Part shown: piece by piece, positions 24,843 to 37,360 of the stretch
Position numbering within the stretch: position 1 is the stretch's first letter
Layout: every line of letters begins with the position of its first letter
Assembly: GCF_006345805.1 (NCBI RefSeq)
Contig: NC_042997.1
Location: forward strand, 73,098,001-73,162,000
Length of the DNA: 64,000 nt
Source of the DNA: Octopus sinensis
Lineage: Eukaryota
Direction: 5' to 3'
Made by a program: the position numbers and the translations under genes
The notes under the pieces: model-generated
Databases searched by the model: none
What the model was told of the DNA's origin: nothing
The model's input: only the letters and a program-made list of their open reading frames with translations

Positions 24843-24995
24843 ACGGACTTTTCTCAGTTTCCGTCTACCAAATCTACTCCCAAGGCTTTGGTTGGACTGA
24901 GGCTATAGCAGAAAACACTTGCCCAAGGCGCCACGCAGTGGGACTGAATCCAGAACCATGTGGTTGGGAAGCAAGCTTCTTACCACGCTTGCGCC
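24510..24995 (-). mobile_element. SINE, same family as 2087, reverse orientation
   Basis: Reverse complement of head and tail with an internal (TA)/(TG) tract. Confidence 0.9.
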
Positions 24996-25071
24996 TATAT
25001 ATATATTATATATATATATATATATATACACACAGCATACGAATACTTAGATATATGCACGTAAACATGTA

Positions 25072-26210
25072 CAGGGGTTGGACAAAATAATGGAAGCACC
25101 TAGCATCATAGCATCATAATTTTGAAATATGTATAAAACCGTCAAAAGCATGTTTATTTTTATGTTTTTTGATTTAATATGTTTTGCTAAAATTGCTGTT
25201 ACTTTTCAGATATCACCAGGAAAAGGTAATTAAAATTCATTAAAATGACAGATCTATTGGACTTTCAAAAAGGTCAATTTGTTGATGATCGTATGGCAGG
25301 CGCTAGCGTAACGAAAACAGCTGAAATGTTTGGTGTATCAAGAAGCACTGTCTCGAATGTAACAACAGCCTTTGAGAAAGAGGGAAAACCCTCCTCGTCG
25401 AAATAAAACTCCAGAAAGGGACGGTGGGATTCTTACGCGAATTGTCAGAAAGGATCACAAAAATTCTGCTTCCCAAAATTACTGCAGAGTTTAATGACCA
25501 CCTTGAGAGCCCAGTTTCCACAAAAAATGTTCGCCGGGAGCTGCACAAAGCCGGATTTCACAGGAGGACTACAATCAGAAAACCACTACTTTCAGAAACA
25601 AACGTCTTATACCTTATTTCCGACCACCGGCCGAGTATACGTGTGGAGACAGCCAAAAGAAGCATTTGACCCAGACTGCCTTCTTCCAACTGATAAACAT
25701 GGAGGAGGATCTGTGATGATCGGGGGGGGGGGGCTATATCTCGGAAATCCGCCGGCCTAACTGTTACCCTTCATGGCAGACTTAATAGTCAAGACTGTTC
25801 AAGCATTATATCTGATCAAATTAATCCTATGTTTGCGGAACTGTTTCCGGAGGGAAACGCAATCTTTCAGGATGATAATGCACCAATTCACACAACTAAA
25901 GCATGAGGAACATTCAAGTGAAGTTGAACATTTTATCTGGCCACTACAGTTCCCAGATCTCAATATTATTGAAAATTTAGGGTGCATTTTAGAAAAACAA
26001 ATATCCTCCACCATCATCACTGGAAAAATTGGAGACTGTTTTAGTTGAAGAATGGACAAAAATTCCTTTGGAAACAATTCAAATCCCCAATAAAACATTT
26101 TATACCTCATAGAATTCAAGCTGTAATTACTGCTAAAGGCAGTCCTACCCCATTTTAAAATAAATTTGTTTGAAATTTTAAGGTGTTTCCATTATTTAGT
26201 CCAATCCCTG
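25072..26210 (+). mobile_element. Tc1-like transposon, degenerate
   Basis: TA flanks; ~30-bp imperfect TIR CAGGGGTTGGACAAAATAATGGAAGCACCT; remnants FQDDNAPIHT and PDLNIIENL. Confidence 0.9.
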
Positions 26211-26282
26211 TATATTTGTGCACGTATATACCAGACTAATTCATTTGTCCGTCTTACACCATATGCTAAATGGCCAAAATAT

Positions 26283-26330
<48 letters not shown>

Positions 26331-26469
26331 AATATGTATATTTATGTGTATGCTTCGGCATGCATGTATGCATACATGTATATATGCATGTATGCTCGTA
26401 AATTAAGACTCAGTTGATGATTCGCTATGCTGCTTCTCACAGTTTAACGCATGTGTATTACGTATACGC

Positions 26470-26700
26470 AACAGTTAGAGGAATTTTCGTTAATCGATCT
26501 AAGCTGTCAAACCATATTCAGGCTCGAGACATCATTACTTCTGACTGGACCGCTATGGTCTAAGGATGAGTACCAAGTCCAGACGTGTGAATATCAAGAG
26601 GTGGCTTACTCTGTGACGTTTGTTGATGTTTTTGGTCATTTAATTGAAGTGATAGACTGTGGCTTTTGGGCACATAGATGCTGCCCGAAAAAGTTTCTAC
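26470..26700 (-). mobile_element. Possible L1/Tx1-like LINE endonuclease remnant
   Basis: Minus strand HVWTWYS...SR...DMVLT-like remnants; highly degenerate. Confidence 0.35.
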
Positions 26701-26949
26701 AGTGATGACAACTAGATTATACCACTAATCACCGATTAAATTATATTACTGATTGCTTTTATATCTGAAAATGTTTAAATAATCTTGTTACATGAATCAT
26801 TGAAATATGAAGTGGCTTTCGAGATTATTTTTGTCGCAGATTTCTTTGTAATTTCTTTTTAAAGCGTTCAGAGATATTATACAAGTGTTTTGAAAAGGGA
26901 AAATCGTCTCAGTGGGCAGGTAAAGGCTTTCTGTAGTCACAAGTTGGGT

Positions 26950-27270
26950 GGTGGTGGTGGTGGTGGTGGTGGTAAAGTGAGCGTTTATATGTGTGTATTT
27001 TCCGTTGAAGTATGTGATCTGGGATGCGATCTTATATCCGAGAAGGAAGAAGCAAAGTCGATTCTGATCTTAATGCTATTGGTGTTGAAGTATTTGTACT
27101 TGTGTCGGCGGAAAATGTTATAAGTTTCTGACTACAATTATTGGCTAAGATATATTGGATTGTGGATTAAACAATCTTGGTTTCTTCATGATTTTCCAAG
27201 ATATGCGGAGATTATGTTGTATTTGTAGAGGTATTTGTATACTAGCTTATTACCACTACTAAAAGCATTA
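26950..27270 (-). mobile_element. Degenerate PLE endonuclease C-terminal fragment
   Basis: Minus strand QHNLRISWKIMKKPRLFNPQSNI, the same pattern as the 2500-2870 fragment; followed by (CCA)n. Confidence 0.5.
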
Positions 27271-30200
27271 CTAGTTAGCGCAACGTTATAAAAAAATAGA
27301 TCCGTAGGCCATCTCGTCATGTTCAAGTTTTAGTCTCAAGTTAAAAACAAAAGTTTTCTATCCGATCCAAAGGTTTTTAAAAGGTAACACTTTAAAAAGG
27401 TAATTAGGAATAGTTAGTAAGAATATTACCAACTCTTTTAATTTCAAAACTAAAAGTACTACGAGACCACAGCAAGAGAAATGTGTTGCTGACATCATTA
27501 AGAAGTTTCCTATTATCGAAACAAGAAAGAGATTCATCCAATTCAATACTGAACTTGATATTAAGAATTTATATATATTTTCTCAAAAAATAATTCAAAA
27601 GTTAATTAATTTTGTTTGGTAAAAGAATAGAATATACAAGATGAAGCCGTACAGTTTAGTTGGAGAATGAATTGTAAATATGGGTAAATTTGGCATCCCT
27701 TCATTTTAAACACACTGAACAGAATTGGCTGCAATTTGCAATTTAGACAAGGACAATGTTGAACGCTAGAAATAAGCTGTCGTATCACGACGAGTCCAAA
27801 AAGAAGGTAGTCAGTTGTTTGTCATCTCTATTAAGAACTATGACATCACTGAGAAGGCCAGTCTCATGAGATTGTTAATTTTTTGTTGATTTCGGACTAA
27901 TTTGTCTCTTGAGATGACACATGTGGGGTTTTTATTTCAACATGTAGTCTATTTTTTTGTCTTATATTTTATGAAACTATAACCTCTTTCATTTATAAGC
28001 ATTTTTTGTTTTATATTATATGTATATACAAACTCTTTCGTTTGTAAACATAAAGGGGTGAGTTTAAGGCGAGGGTTTACCAATAAGTAAGAGCTTAGAA
28101 ATGAATATCTTGTGCGAGTTCCCTTCTTAGGGAGACTAGCCATTTGATAAATAGTTATTAATTAAACAACAGGATCGATACAATCGACTAAAACGCCCAT
28201 GAGTGTGCGCCAGTATAGCCGTAATCCAATAACTGCAACTGGTGAAAGAACGTTCGTTATTCTCAGACCTCGTAAAAGTGTTGTGAAAATAAGAATTGTG
28301 GAAAGCCAAATATGATCCAGTGATAATTTTGTTATTCATTTTCCATCAAAATTAAAGGAAAATACAAAGCCCATGAGCCGAAGTTAAATATATTATTGTC
28401 TATGCTTTTAAAATTGTAGTTTGTTTTGCATAGTATTGCTGTATCGCAAATGTTTTGTCAAAAAACTGTACTAAAGCATTAATTGTAAAATGAGGATTAA
28501 CTTTCCTTCTAGATACTTTGGGACGTAAATTGATAAAACTTTTAGTAAACGGAAACTGACCCAAACTGTAAAACTGCATTATTCCTAAATAGATATTCTT
28601 CCTATGTTTCTACGTAATACCATATAAAGTTTCAAACAAACTATATACAATACATATAAAACTTGTATTCATTCATTTAGTGTAGACAACCATTCTTCAT
28701 TGTTATCTTTTCTCTTGCATTTCATATTTTCCTTTTGTATATGCATTGTGCATGTCTCTTGCTTCTGCTTTACGATTTATAAAATCAGAATATGGCAGTT
28801 ATTCCCAAGGTTTTAGTAGCTTTTACGTTTATATCTTCTATTCCGTTATTTTGCATTCCTGGGAAAATATTTATTGCGTCGTATTGTATAATTGCTTGAA
28901 TCGAACAACAGTTTGAGAAGTAAAACAGATGTTGCATTAAAAGGAGAATAACGGGATTTAAAATTTATCGATGGTATTTCTAATGACATGAGGAAATGAA
29001 AGATTCTGTAAAATGTAAATCAATCTAGTAATGCGAGTGGGGTCGATGTGAGAGGGTAGAAAATATGTAAATAAAGTAAAACAGGAAAATGAATTGTTCA
29101 TATGTCTCTGCTCAACTGGCAGATGATGAGTAGAGACCTAGCTTAAAAGATTAATAATTAATCTCGAACATAACCACCGATGAAATGAATCATTTAGGCT
29201 TCAGGTAAATGCTTGATATTAAGAATTTTTATAAATTTTCTCAAAAAATGATTTAAAAGTTAATTAATTTTGTATTGTAAAAGAATAGATTATACAAGAT
29301 AAATCTGTACAGTATTAGTTAGAGAATGAATTGTAAATATGGATAATGATTCGCATACTTTCATTTTTGATCGTGCTGTTTTGTTCTAATGACATTTTGA
29401 TCTCACCGGTAAAGCACTCAATCAATAAGCTATTGTTGCTACCGCATGGAATTAAAAGTCAATTGATGTAGATGAATATCTGTTTTGTGAAGATCTGAAT
29501 ACTTATATTCTAAATAAACTGTATGAATAAAATGATTTAAGCTCTTGTGAATTATCATTACCTTAAAATTAATTGTTACTTCTGATTTTATTTTGTCTCT
29601 ATTTCCGTTCAATATATATAATTAAATTTTGTGCATGTGTGTGTATGCAGATTCAATACAATGAATATGCTTTCATTATCATACCAAGTAACAGCATAAT
29701 TGAATTGAAAAACAAAGTAAATCTCATACACAGTAATTGATATATTAGTTTCATATTTTAACCAATATTTCGTTTGTCCTGATTTTTGCCTTACCCTTCA
29801 GGAGTGCTACAATTATAACAATTACGAGTATGTGTATCTGAGTATGTATGTATGTATGTACACGTACACTCACTCTCTCACAAACACATAAGTTAAATGG
29901 GAAGGGGGAGATAATCTCAAGAATCAAGAATTACCTGAAAGGGCGTTACTTCTGCTGCACCCTGTATATTTATTTGTTTTCCTTTTCCACAAGCCACTGG
30001 TTCCTCCGGAATATTTCTCATGGCTTATTTTCATTGGAATTATGAAAATTGCCCCGGTGCGTAAATGCTTTCTGTTCTTTGTATAGATGTCTAAATATTT
30101 CGCTTGCTGTGATGATGACACCTATTGAAGCAGAAACATAGTTGTCCTTATGTATCTAGACAGTCTTTTCTTTAATAGCATGTCAATTTCGAAGAATATT

Positions 30201-31199
30201 TAATTTTTGAGCTTATTTCCCCTTTTCATTCCGAGTTGATTTATTTTTTCCTTGAAGGGAAGATAATCTCAATAAATGGAGAATTAATTATTGCATGATT
30301 TTATATACCTGTGTATCACGCCATTTAGGAAACGGTAGTTTGCTTGTCTGAAGACAAGAAGATAGATAGTTTCAATAAATCACGAATTATCTTATGTTGT
30401 ATTTCTAATACATTCATACATCTTTATTACACGTACACGCAAATGTGCGAGGGAGAGAAAACAGGCAAAATAAGTAGCATTTAACAAAATTGGCTGTTAT
30501 GAAATGCATATAGTTAATAGCAGATTGACCAAGCTTCACATTACTAAAAGACATGTCTGTTGCACCAGATATTCAGAGAGAAGAGGAAAGAAATAATTAA
30601 AAAAATCCAAATGGTTTTTAGATCTCATTTAGGAACACGTTCAATGTTACGATGTTGTTTTCCTTATCCTAGCGTCATCAATAATTTTATTGTTAGGTAT
30701 ACAGGATGTTGATACACATTGCAGGCATTCTGCGGGATGATATATTTAGCTAATCAATTCATTTACATTGGATACAACTCATGCTATGTAGGCTGTTAGT
30801 CATCGTTTTGTAGTGTGAGATACGCCTGTGACAACTTTTATTACAGGGTTTTGAAGACGTTAAGCTACAAATGAGTTTCCGCGACCGACATGGGTAGACT
30901 GTAGTTTATAGAGTGGCAATAATTTCTATACCTTAAAACTGTGTGTCGGCCAATTAGCGCTAGAAAAAGTATAATCAAGGCAAAGTGGTGGACAGGAGAA
31001 GAGGAAGGCTTAACTAGTTAAGTCAGACCATAAGTCTTCCTATCTACCCTTGCACTTTTATTAATTTTCCTTTTTACACTCTTCTTCTTCTTCCGAAAGC
31101 TATGCTTTGCTGCACTTTAGGATATTCTTTTCCTTTGCACATACCCACGGGTGTTCTCCATCTTCCTCTGCTTCAACTGTCTCCCCGCTTGTATACTGA

Positions 31200-31790
31200 T
31201 TTCTATACTCAACACGACAAACACACTTTACAATGTTCATCTTTACCTTGTTAGCGTCCTTTATAATTTTGTTAATAACTTCATAGCTATCCCTTGTCTA
31301 CTATGATTCAAGGGCTTCTCTGGAATAGATCGGCGTAAATCAATATATTCTGCACCCAAAATCTTTACATCGATCTTCGATTGATTACGGCTGCAAAGCC
31401 ACTCCCCTAACATTTAATCTATTAGTGAATTTTTATTTCTTGTGTAGACAGCTCACATCTTATAATAACTAGCTCCCACGCAACTACCTCATCCTTTTCC
31501 TTCCTTTCTTGTCTTCCTTCTTTTATACCTGTCACTGTAACCCCTCCCTTACTCTTGTTTTTCGTTCCAGTTTATTAAACATATATCTATAAACACTGTT
31601 CTCTACTAAGCTACTCCTCAGTGTCTTCTGACGACGAGATCGTGACTTTGCTCAATAAGTGTTTCAAAATTTGACCTTCTTCACACACTTGGACTTCATT
31701 GCATAACACGCACTGTTATAGCGCACGTCATTGATTATTCGAAACAGCTGTAAAGATAGACTGATTACATCACATATTTGGATAAGCAAC
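31200..31790 (+). mobile_element. Degenerate PLE-like 3' end
   Basis: SRASLE*IGVNQYILHPKSLHR resembles a PLE C-terminus; pyrimidine-rich UTR; HHR motif at its end. Confidence 0.45.
31619..31763 (+). ncRNA. Type I hammerhead ribozyme candidate with a long branched stem II
   Basis: TGTCTT/AAGATA stem I (one G-U), CTGACGA core plus extra C, ~105-nt stem II domain, GAAAC-AGCT-GTA. Confidence 0.55.
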
Positions 31791-32009
31791 TTTTCATGTA
31801 AATAAATTCCATGTGCCTGCGATTGTTTGTAGGCTTAAATATGCTAATATATATACATATAGAACATGCATATATATATATACACACATGCACACATGCA
31901 CACACACGCATACACACACACACACATACATACATACGTACATACATACATACATACATATATCTGCCCTTGAGACATGATATAGTTGCTAAGAGTATTT
32001 ACAGGAAGG

Positions 32010-32460
32010 ACTGCCTTGACGTATACATCAAAAGCATATTAGAACCACCAGGTATTCACACTTTTAAAAACAAGGAATCCTGGTAGAACACTCCTATAAA
32101 AACATCAGCTCTGTGCAAATACAGCAGACTTGATATTGTTCTATGGGACAAGGAACAAAAGTCATTCATAGTTGTAGAGGTCAGCTGCCCAGCAGACGTG
32201 AATGTACAATTCTGGGAAAAGAGAATATTTGTGGCGAATTAATGCGGAACTTGCAGTTATTGTAGGTTGACTATGAATTCTCATTTGTACCTACCGTCAT
32301 AGGTACATTAGGTTATGTACCAACAAATTTGCACAAAAACCTAGAAATACTCGGTTTCACAGAAAAAGAAACTGACGTGGATTTTCCAAATTTAATCTGT
32401 TGGTGGCACAGTGAGGATTCGTAAAACATTTCAGAAATTCTGTATGTGAGATTCTTATGT
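32010..32460 (+). mobile_element. R4/Dong-like LINE 3' fragment (restriction-like endonuclease region)
   Basis: RLDIVLWDKEQKSFIVVEVSCPADVNV...GTLGYVPTNLHKNLEILGF. Confidence 0.7.
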
Positions 32461-32743
32461 GACTGGATGCACATACATGAGTATATGCGTCGACAGTTCA
32501 ACCAACATACCAGCTCAGCCACATATTCACAAACACCAGGAACTCACTTAATTCAAAATGTTTTGTTATTTTGTTAGCAACCAGCTTGAACTCTCTCAAG
32601 AAAAAATTTATACTCAAAGAAAAATCATACATGCATACATATATATATATAGGCATACAAACATACAAACATACGTACATACATACATACATACATACAT
32701 ACATACATACATACATACATACATACATACATACATACATACA

Positions 32744-32774
<31 letters not shown>

Positions 32775-32915
32775 GTGGTATGGTCTGTGCAGGCCTGCAT
32801 GTGTATATATATATATGTATCTCTGAGTCTCTGAGTTAGTTTTTGGCAATGTGTGGTTGTGTATATAGATATATTTATATATGCACATGCTTGTAAGTAT
32901 GTATGTGTATAAACA

Positions 32916-32962
<47 letters not shown>

Positions 32963-32967
32963 ACACA

Positions 32968-33330
32968 TCTTTTTATCTTTTTACTTGTTTCAGTCACTAG
33001 ACTGCCGTCATGCAGGGACATCGCCTTGAATGATTTCACCCCACTACTTTTTTGAAGCCTGGTACTTTTCTATCAGTAACTTTTACCGGAAGGCTAAGTT
33101 ACGGGGACATAAACACACCAGCTTCGGTTACAAGCGATGGTGGTGGGCAAACACAGACACGAAGACACTCACACACATACACATATATGTATGACAGGTT
33201 TCTTTCCTTTTCTGACTACAAATCTACCCATAAGGATTTGGTCGGACTGAGGCTATATCAGAAGACACTTGCCCAAGGTGCAATGCAATGGGATCAAACC
33301 TGGAACTGTATGGTTGCAAAGCCATGGCCA
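32968..33330 (-). mobile_element. SINE, reverse orientation
   Basis: Reverse complement of the 2087 family. Confidence 0.85.
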
Positions 33331-33497
33331 CGTCTATACACATGTCTACATACAGGATTATCTGGATCCATATATCGTAATTTAAACTTATACATATATA
33401 TATATATATGTATAAGGGTGAAAAGGAACACACGAGTTGATATATATGAAAAAACAAGTAAAAAATAGAAAATGCTAAAATAATTTTATAGTGAACA

Positions 33498-33540
33498 TTT
33501 CAGTACCGGTTTCGGTCATTTTGAGACCTTTTCAACTGTA
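33498..33540 (-). ncRNA. Minimal type I hammerhead ribozyme, U3:A8 core (left arm copy)
   Basis: Reverse complement of 37361-37403. Confidence 0.8.
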
Positions 33541-33888
33541 ACGATTAAATAATTAAATTTAGAAAAATTAGAAGAAAAGTTTTTTTAAAAGAATATTTCT
33601 ATAGTAGTGTTCAGATTTAAGTGGCATTCTGCCTTTCTCTGACTCCCTTGTTTGCACTTGTGTGTTCGAGGTAGTTGTGAGCTCTTGGTAGGGTAGTAGA
33701 GAGAAGGCTGGTGAGGAAAGGGGGGTGGGAGAATCTGGGAGTGCCCTGATGGTCGTATTTTGAATGGTCAGTGGCGGCTGGCAGTCTCAGTTCAATTCAG
33801 GAGAATATTTATATTGACAGGCTTCTTTATAGAATTAGCGTAGGTGTTATACTAAAACACATTAGTGACAAACTTAAGGGGTAGGGGG

Positions 33889-34135
33889 TGGAGAAGAAGA
33901 AGAAGAAGAAGAAGAAGAAGAAGGAGAAGGAGAAGGAGAAGATGACGATGATGGTGATGGTGGTGATGATTATGACGACGATGATGATGATAACGATGAT
34001 GATGAAGAAGAAGAAGAAGAAGAAGGAGGAGAAGGAGAAGATGGTGGTGATGATGGTGGCGATGATGATGATGCCGATGATGATGATAACGATGATGATG
34101 AAGAAGAAGAGGAAGAAGAAGAAGAAGAAAAAAAA
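33889..34135. repeat. Compound (GAA/GAG/GAT/GGT)n trinucleotide array in the PLE 3' UTR (left arm)
   Basis: Seen directly; mirrored at 36776-37012. Confidence 0.95.
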
Positions 34136-34258
34136 CAGAGAAGGGAGAATATGAATGTAAATATAGCTATGAAGGGGCTGATTAGTAATGGATTCTATTG
34201 AGTGTAGTATTTGTGTGTGTATATATATTTTTTTCTTTTATTCTAAAGTTGAGGTATA

Positions 34259-34751
34259 TTAATTGTTTGTCGTAGACCCGTTAAGAAGTGGCTTGTATTT
34301 TGTAATAAAGAGATTTTCTTTACTTATTCGTTGTCTCGAGGTTGTATCGTCCCTAAATTGGTAGAGGGGGAAAATTCTGAAGTTTGGTGTTTTTTTGTTG
34401 GCGCAAGTATCTATGTGTTGGCTAAAAGCTATTTTTCTGTTTTGGGGAATTTTTATCTGGGATCTGTGCAGGGCCATTCGTTTACGCAAACCATTTTTTG
34501 TTTGGCCTATGTACTGCTCTTGACACCCGGAGCAGGTTAGTGAGTATATTAGGTTCTCCGAAGCACATGTGAAGTTGCTTTTCACTGTAAAACGTTGTCC
34601 CTGTTTGAAGGAGAACTCAGAACCCTCGATTAGATAGTCGCATATCCCGCAATTGGGTCTTCCACATTTTTTTACTGTCGGCTTCTGTGTTGAAGAGTGA
34701 ATTCGGGCTTGTGTAAGGAGACTTTTCATGGATCTAGGCTGTCTTTTGCTT
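34259..34751 (-). pseudogene. Inverted duplicate of the PLE GIY-YIG domain coding region
   Basis: Translation matches the last ~163 aa of the 34795-36651 ORF. Confidence 0.9.
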
Positions 34752-34794
34752 AATAACAATCAAAGAGGCCGATAAAGGGAGTGCTGTTGTCTTA

Positions 34795-36651
34795 ATGGAT
34801 ACGACATTTTACATAACTTTGGTACTTTCTATGCTGGAAGACACAACATACTATGAAAAGGCACAAAACTACAGTCAACAAAAAATAATGAGGGAACTAA
34901 AATCCATATTAAACCCATACAAAGCAGGGCTAAGCGACAAAGAATATGATTATATGACCAATTTCACAAGTAAAACTAGCCAATTCTACGGTATACCTAA
35001 GATCCACAAAAGTGAAAAAATAAGCAACGCATGCAAGATAGCTACAGACAAAATAATTAAAGTCCCTAATCCTAATGACCTCAAATTGAGACCCATAATA
35101 GCAGGTCCCGCATGCGAAACCCACCGCCTCAGTAACTTTTTAGACACCCTGTTAAAACCACTCCTCAAACATGTCAAAAGCTATATAAGGGACGACTTAG
35201 ATATGCTCAATCACCTACCGAATACTATAAACAAAAACACCATACTGGTATCCTTCGATGTAGTCAACCTCTACTCCAATATCCCCCACAACCTAGGACT
35301 AGAGGCAATCCAATTCTGGCTAGAGAATCACGCCAACGAACTACAACACCGCATCAAAAAAGAATTTGTGATAGAAGGGGTTAAATTCATCCTGGAAAAT
35401 AACTTCTTCGCCTTCAATGACAACTTCTACCGACAAAAATCGGGGACTGCGATGGGTACACGAATGGCCCCCTCCTTTGCCAACCTAGTCATAGGATACC
35501 TAGAGATCAGTCTGTATCGTAAGGTTCTAGAAAGATATGGCAGCCCTTTCTCCATCTACATAGAAAACAACTGGAAGAGATATCTAGATGACTGTTTCAT
35601 CCTTTGGCATAAAAATATAGAAAAACTCATAGAATTCCAGAAAATTTTAAACGGACTGGACGTAAACATCCAATTCACGATGGAATATAGCCAACAACAA
35701 CTCCCCTTCCTCGATATCCTCATTAAGAAAGCTAATAATATAATAGAAACAGACATATACTATAAGCCTACAGACTCTAAGCAATATCTTCCATTCAATT
35801 CATGCCACCCCAGACACACCAGGATGAATATCCCCTTCAATCTAGCAAAAAGGATATGCACTATAGTCTCTAACGCAAACACCAGAGACACACGACTACA
35901 AGAACTAAAAGATACCCTAATCACCAGGAACTATCCACCTTCACTTATTGACAAATGCATTCAACGTGCCCTTCAACTTAACATCAAGGAACTGAGACAT
36001 CCCAAATCAAAGAAAAACTTACAACCAAAAGCCTTACCATACATCTCCACACACAACCCTCTCAATAACGAAGCCTTCGACACCATCCTCCACAACATAC
36101 CCCTCCTAAAAAAAGACCACAGAATGAACACAATCCTCCAAACACACACGATCATAAAAAGCAAAAGACAGCCTAGATCCATGAAAAGTCTCCTTACACA
36201 AGCCCGAATTCACTCTTCAACACAGAAGCCGACAGTAAAAAAATGTGGAAGACCCAATTGCGGGATATGCGACTATCTAATCGAGGGTTCTGAGTTCTCC
36301 TTCAAACAGGGACAACGTTTTACAGTGAAAAGCAACTTCACATGTGCTTCGGAGAACCTAATATACTCACTAACCTGCTCCGGGTGTCAAGAGCAGTACA
36401 TAGGCCAAACAAAAAATGGTTTGCGTAAACGAATGGCCCTGCACAGATCCCAGATAAAAATTCCCCAAAACAGAAAAATAGCTTTTAGCCAACACATAGA
36501 TACTTGCGCCAACAAAAAAACACCAAACTTCAGAATTTTCCCCCTCTACCAATTTAGGGACGATACAACCTCGAGACAACGAATAAGTAAAGAAAATCTC
36601 TTTATTACAAAATACAAGCCACTTCTTAACGGGTCTACGACAAACAATTAA
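34795..36651 (+). CDS. PLE reverse transcriptase + GIY-YIG endonuclease, 618 aa, N-terminally truncated
   Basis: Upstream in-frame ITIKEADKGSAVVL; IPKIHK, RPIIAG, SFDVVNLYSNIP, QKSGTAMGT, RYLDDCF, LPFLD, YKPT...SCHP; CGRPNCGIC linker; LIYSLTCSGCQEQYIGQT; no internal stops. Confidence 0.93.
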   Translation: MDTTFYITLVLSMLEDTTYYEKAQNYSQQKIMRELKSILNPYKAGLSDKEYDYMTNFTSKTSQFYGIPKIHKSEKISNACKIATDKIIKVPNPNDLKLRPIIAGPACETHRLSNFLDTLLKPLLKHVKSYIRDDLDMLNHLPNTINKNTILVSFDVVNLYSNIPHNLGLEAIQFWLENHANELQHRIKKEFVIEGVKFILENNFFAFNDNFYRQKSGTAMGTRMAPSFANLVIGYLEISLYRKVLERYGSPFSIYIENNWKRYLDDCFILWHKNIEKLIEFQKILNGLDVNIQFTMEYSQQQLPFLDILIKKANNIIETDIYYKPTDSKQYLPFNSCHPRHTRMNIPFNLAKRICTIVSNANTRDTRLQELKDTLITRNYPPSLIDKCIQRALQLNIKELRHPKSKKNLQPKALPYISTHNPLNNEAFDTILHNIPLLKKDHRMNTILQTHTIIKSKRQPRSMKSLLTQARIHSSTQKPTVKKCGRPNCGICDYLIEGSEFSFKQGQRFTVKSNFTCASENLIYSLTCSGCQEQYIGQTKNGLRKRMALHRSQIKIPQNRKIAFSQHIDTCANKKTPNFRIFPLYQFRDDTTSRQRISKENLFITKYKPLLNGSTTNN

Positions 36652-36775
36652 TATACCTCAACTTTAGAATAAAAGAAAAAAATATATATACACACACAAA
36701 TACTACACTCAATAGAATCCATTACTAATCAGCCCCTTCATAGCTATATTTACATTCATATTCTCCCTTCTCTGT

Positions 36776-37012
36776 TTTTTCTTCTTCTTCTTCCTCTTCT
36801 TCTTCATCATCATCGTTATCATCATCATCGGCATCATCATCATCGCCACCATCATCACCACCATCTTCTCCTTCTCCTCCTTCTTCTTCTTCTTCTTCTT
36901 CATCATCATCGTTATCATCATCATCGTCGTCATAATCATCACCACCATCACCATCATCGTCATCTTCTCCTTCTCCTTCTCCTTCTTCTTCTTCTTCTTC
37001 TTCTTCTTCTCC
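36776..37012. repeat. Compound (TTC/CAT/CAC)n trinucleotide array in the PLE 3' UTR (right arm)
   Basis: Seen directly. Confidence 0.95.
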
Positions 37013-37360
37013 ACCCCCTACCCCTTAAGTTTGTCACTAATGTTTTTTAGTATAACACCTACGCTAATTCTATAAAGAAGCCTGTCAATATAAATATTCT
37101 CCTGAATTGAACTGAGACTGCCAGCCGCCACTGACCATTCAAAATACGACCATCAGGGCACTCCCAGATTCTCCCACCCCCCTTTCCTCACCAGCCTTCT
37201 CTCTACTACCCTACCAAGAGCTCACAACTACCTCGAACACACAAGTGCAAACAAGGGAGTCAGAGAAAGGCAGATGCCACTTAAATCTGAACACTACTAT
37301 AGAAATATTCTTTTAAAAAAACTTTTCTTCTAATTTTTCTAAATTTAATTATTTAATCGT

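Noticed and set aside
33888-34154. Poly-Lys/poly-Met ORFs here and at 36709-37014
   Set aside because: They are antisense readings of the trinucleotide array in the PLE 3' UTR.
34259-34759. Apparent stand-alone GIY-YIG nuclease gene
   Set aside because: It is the inverted duplicate of the PLE 3' part; its start codon is created at the junction.
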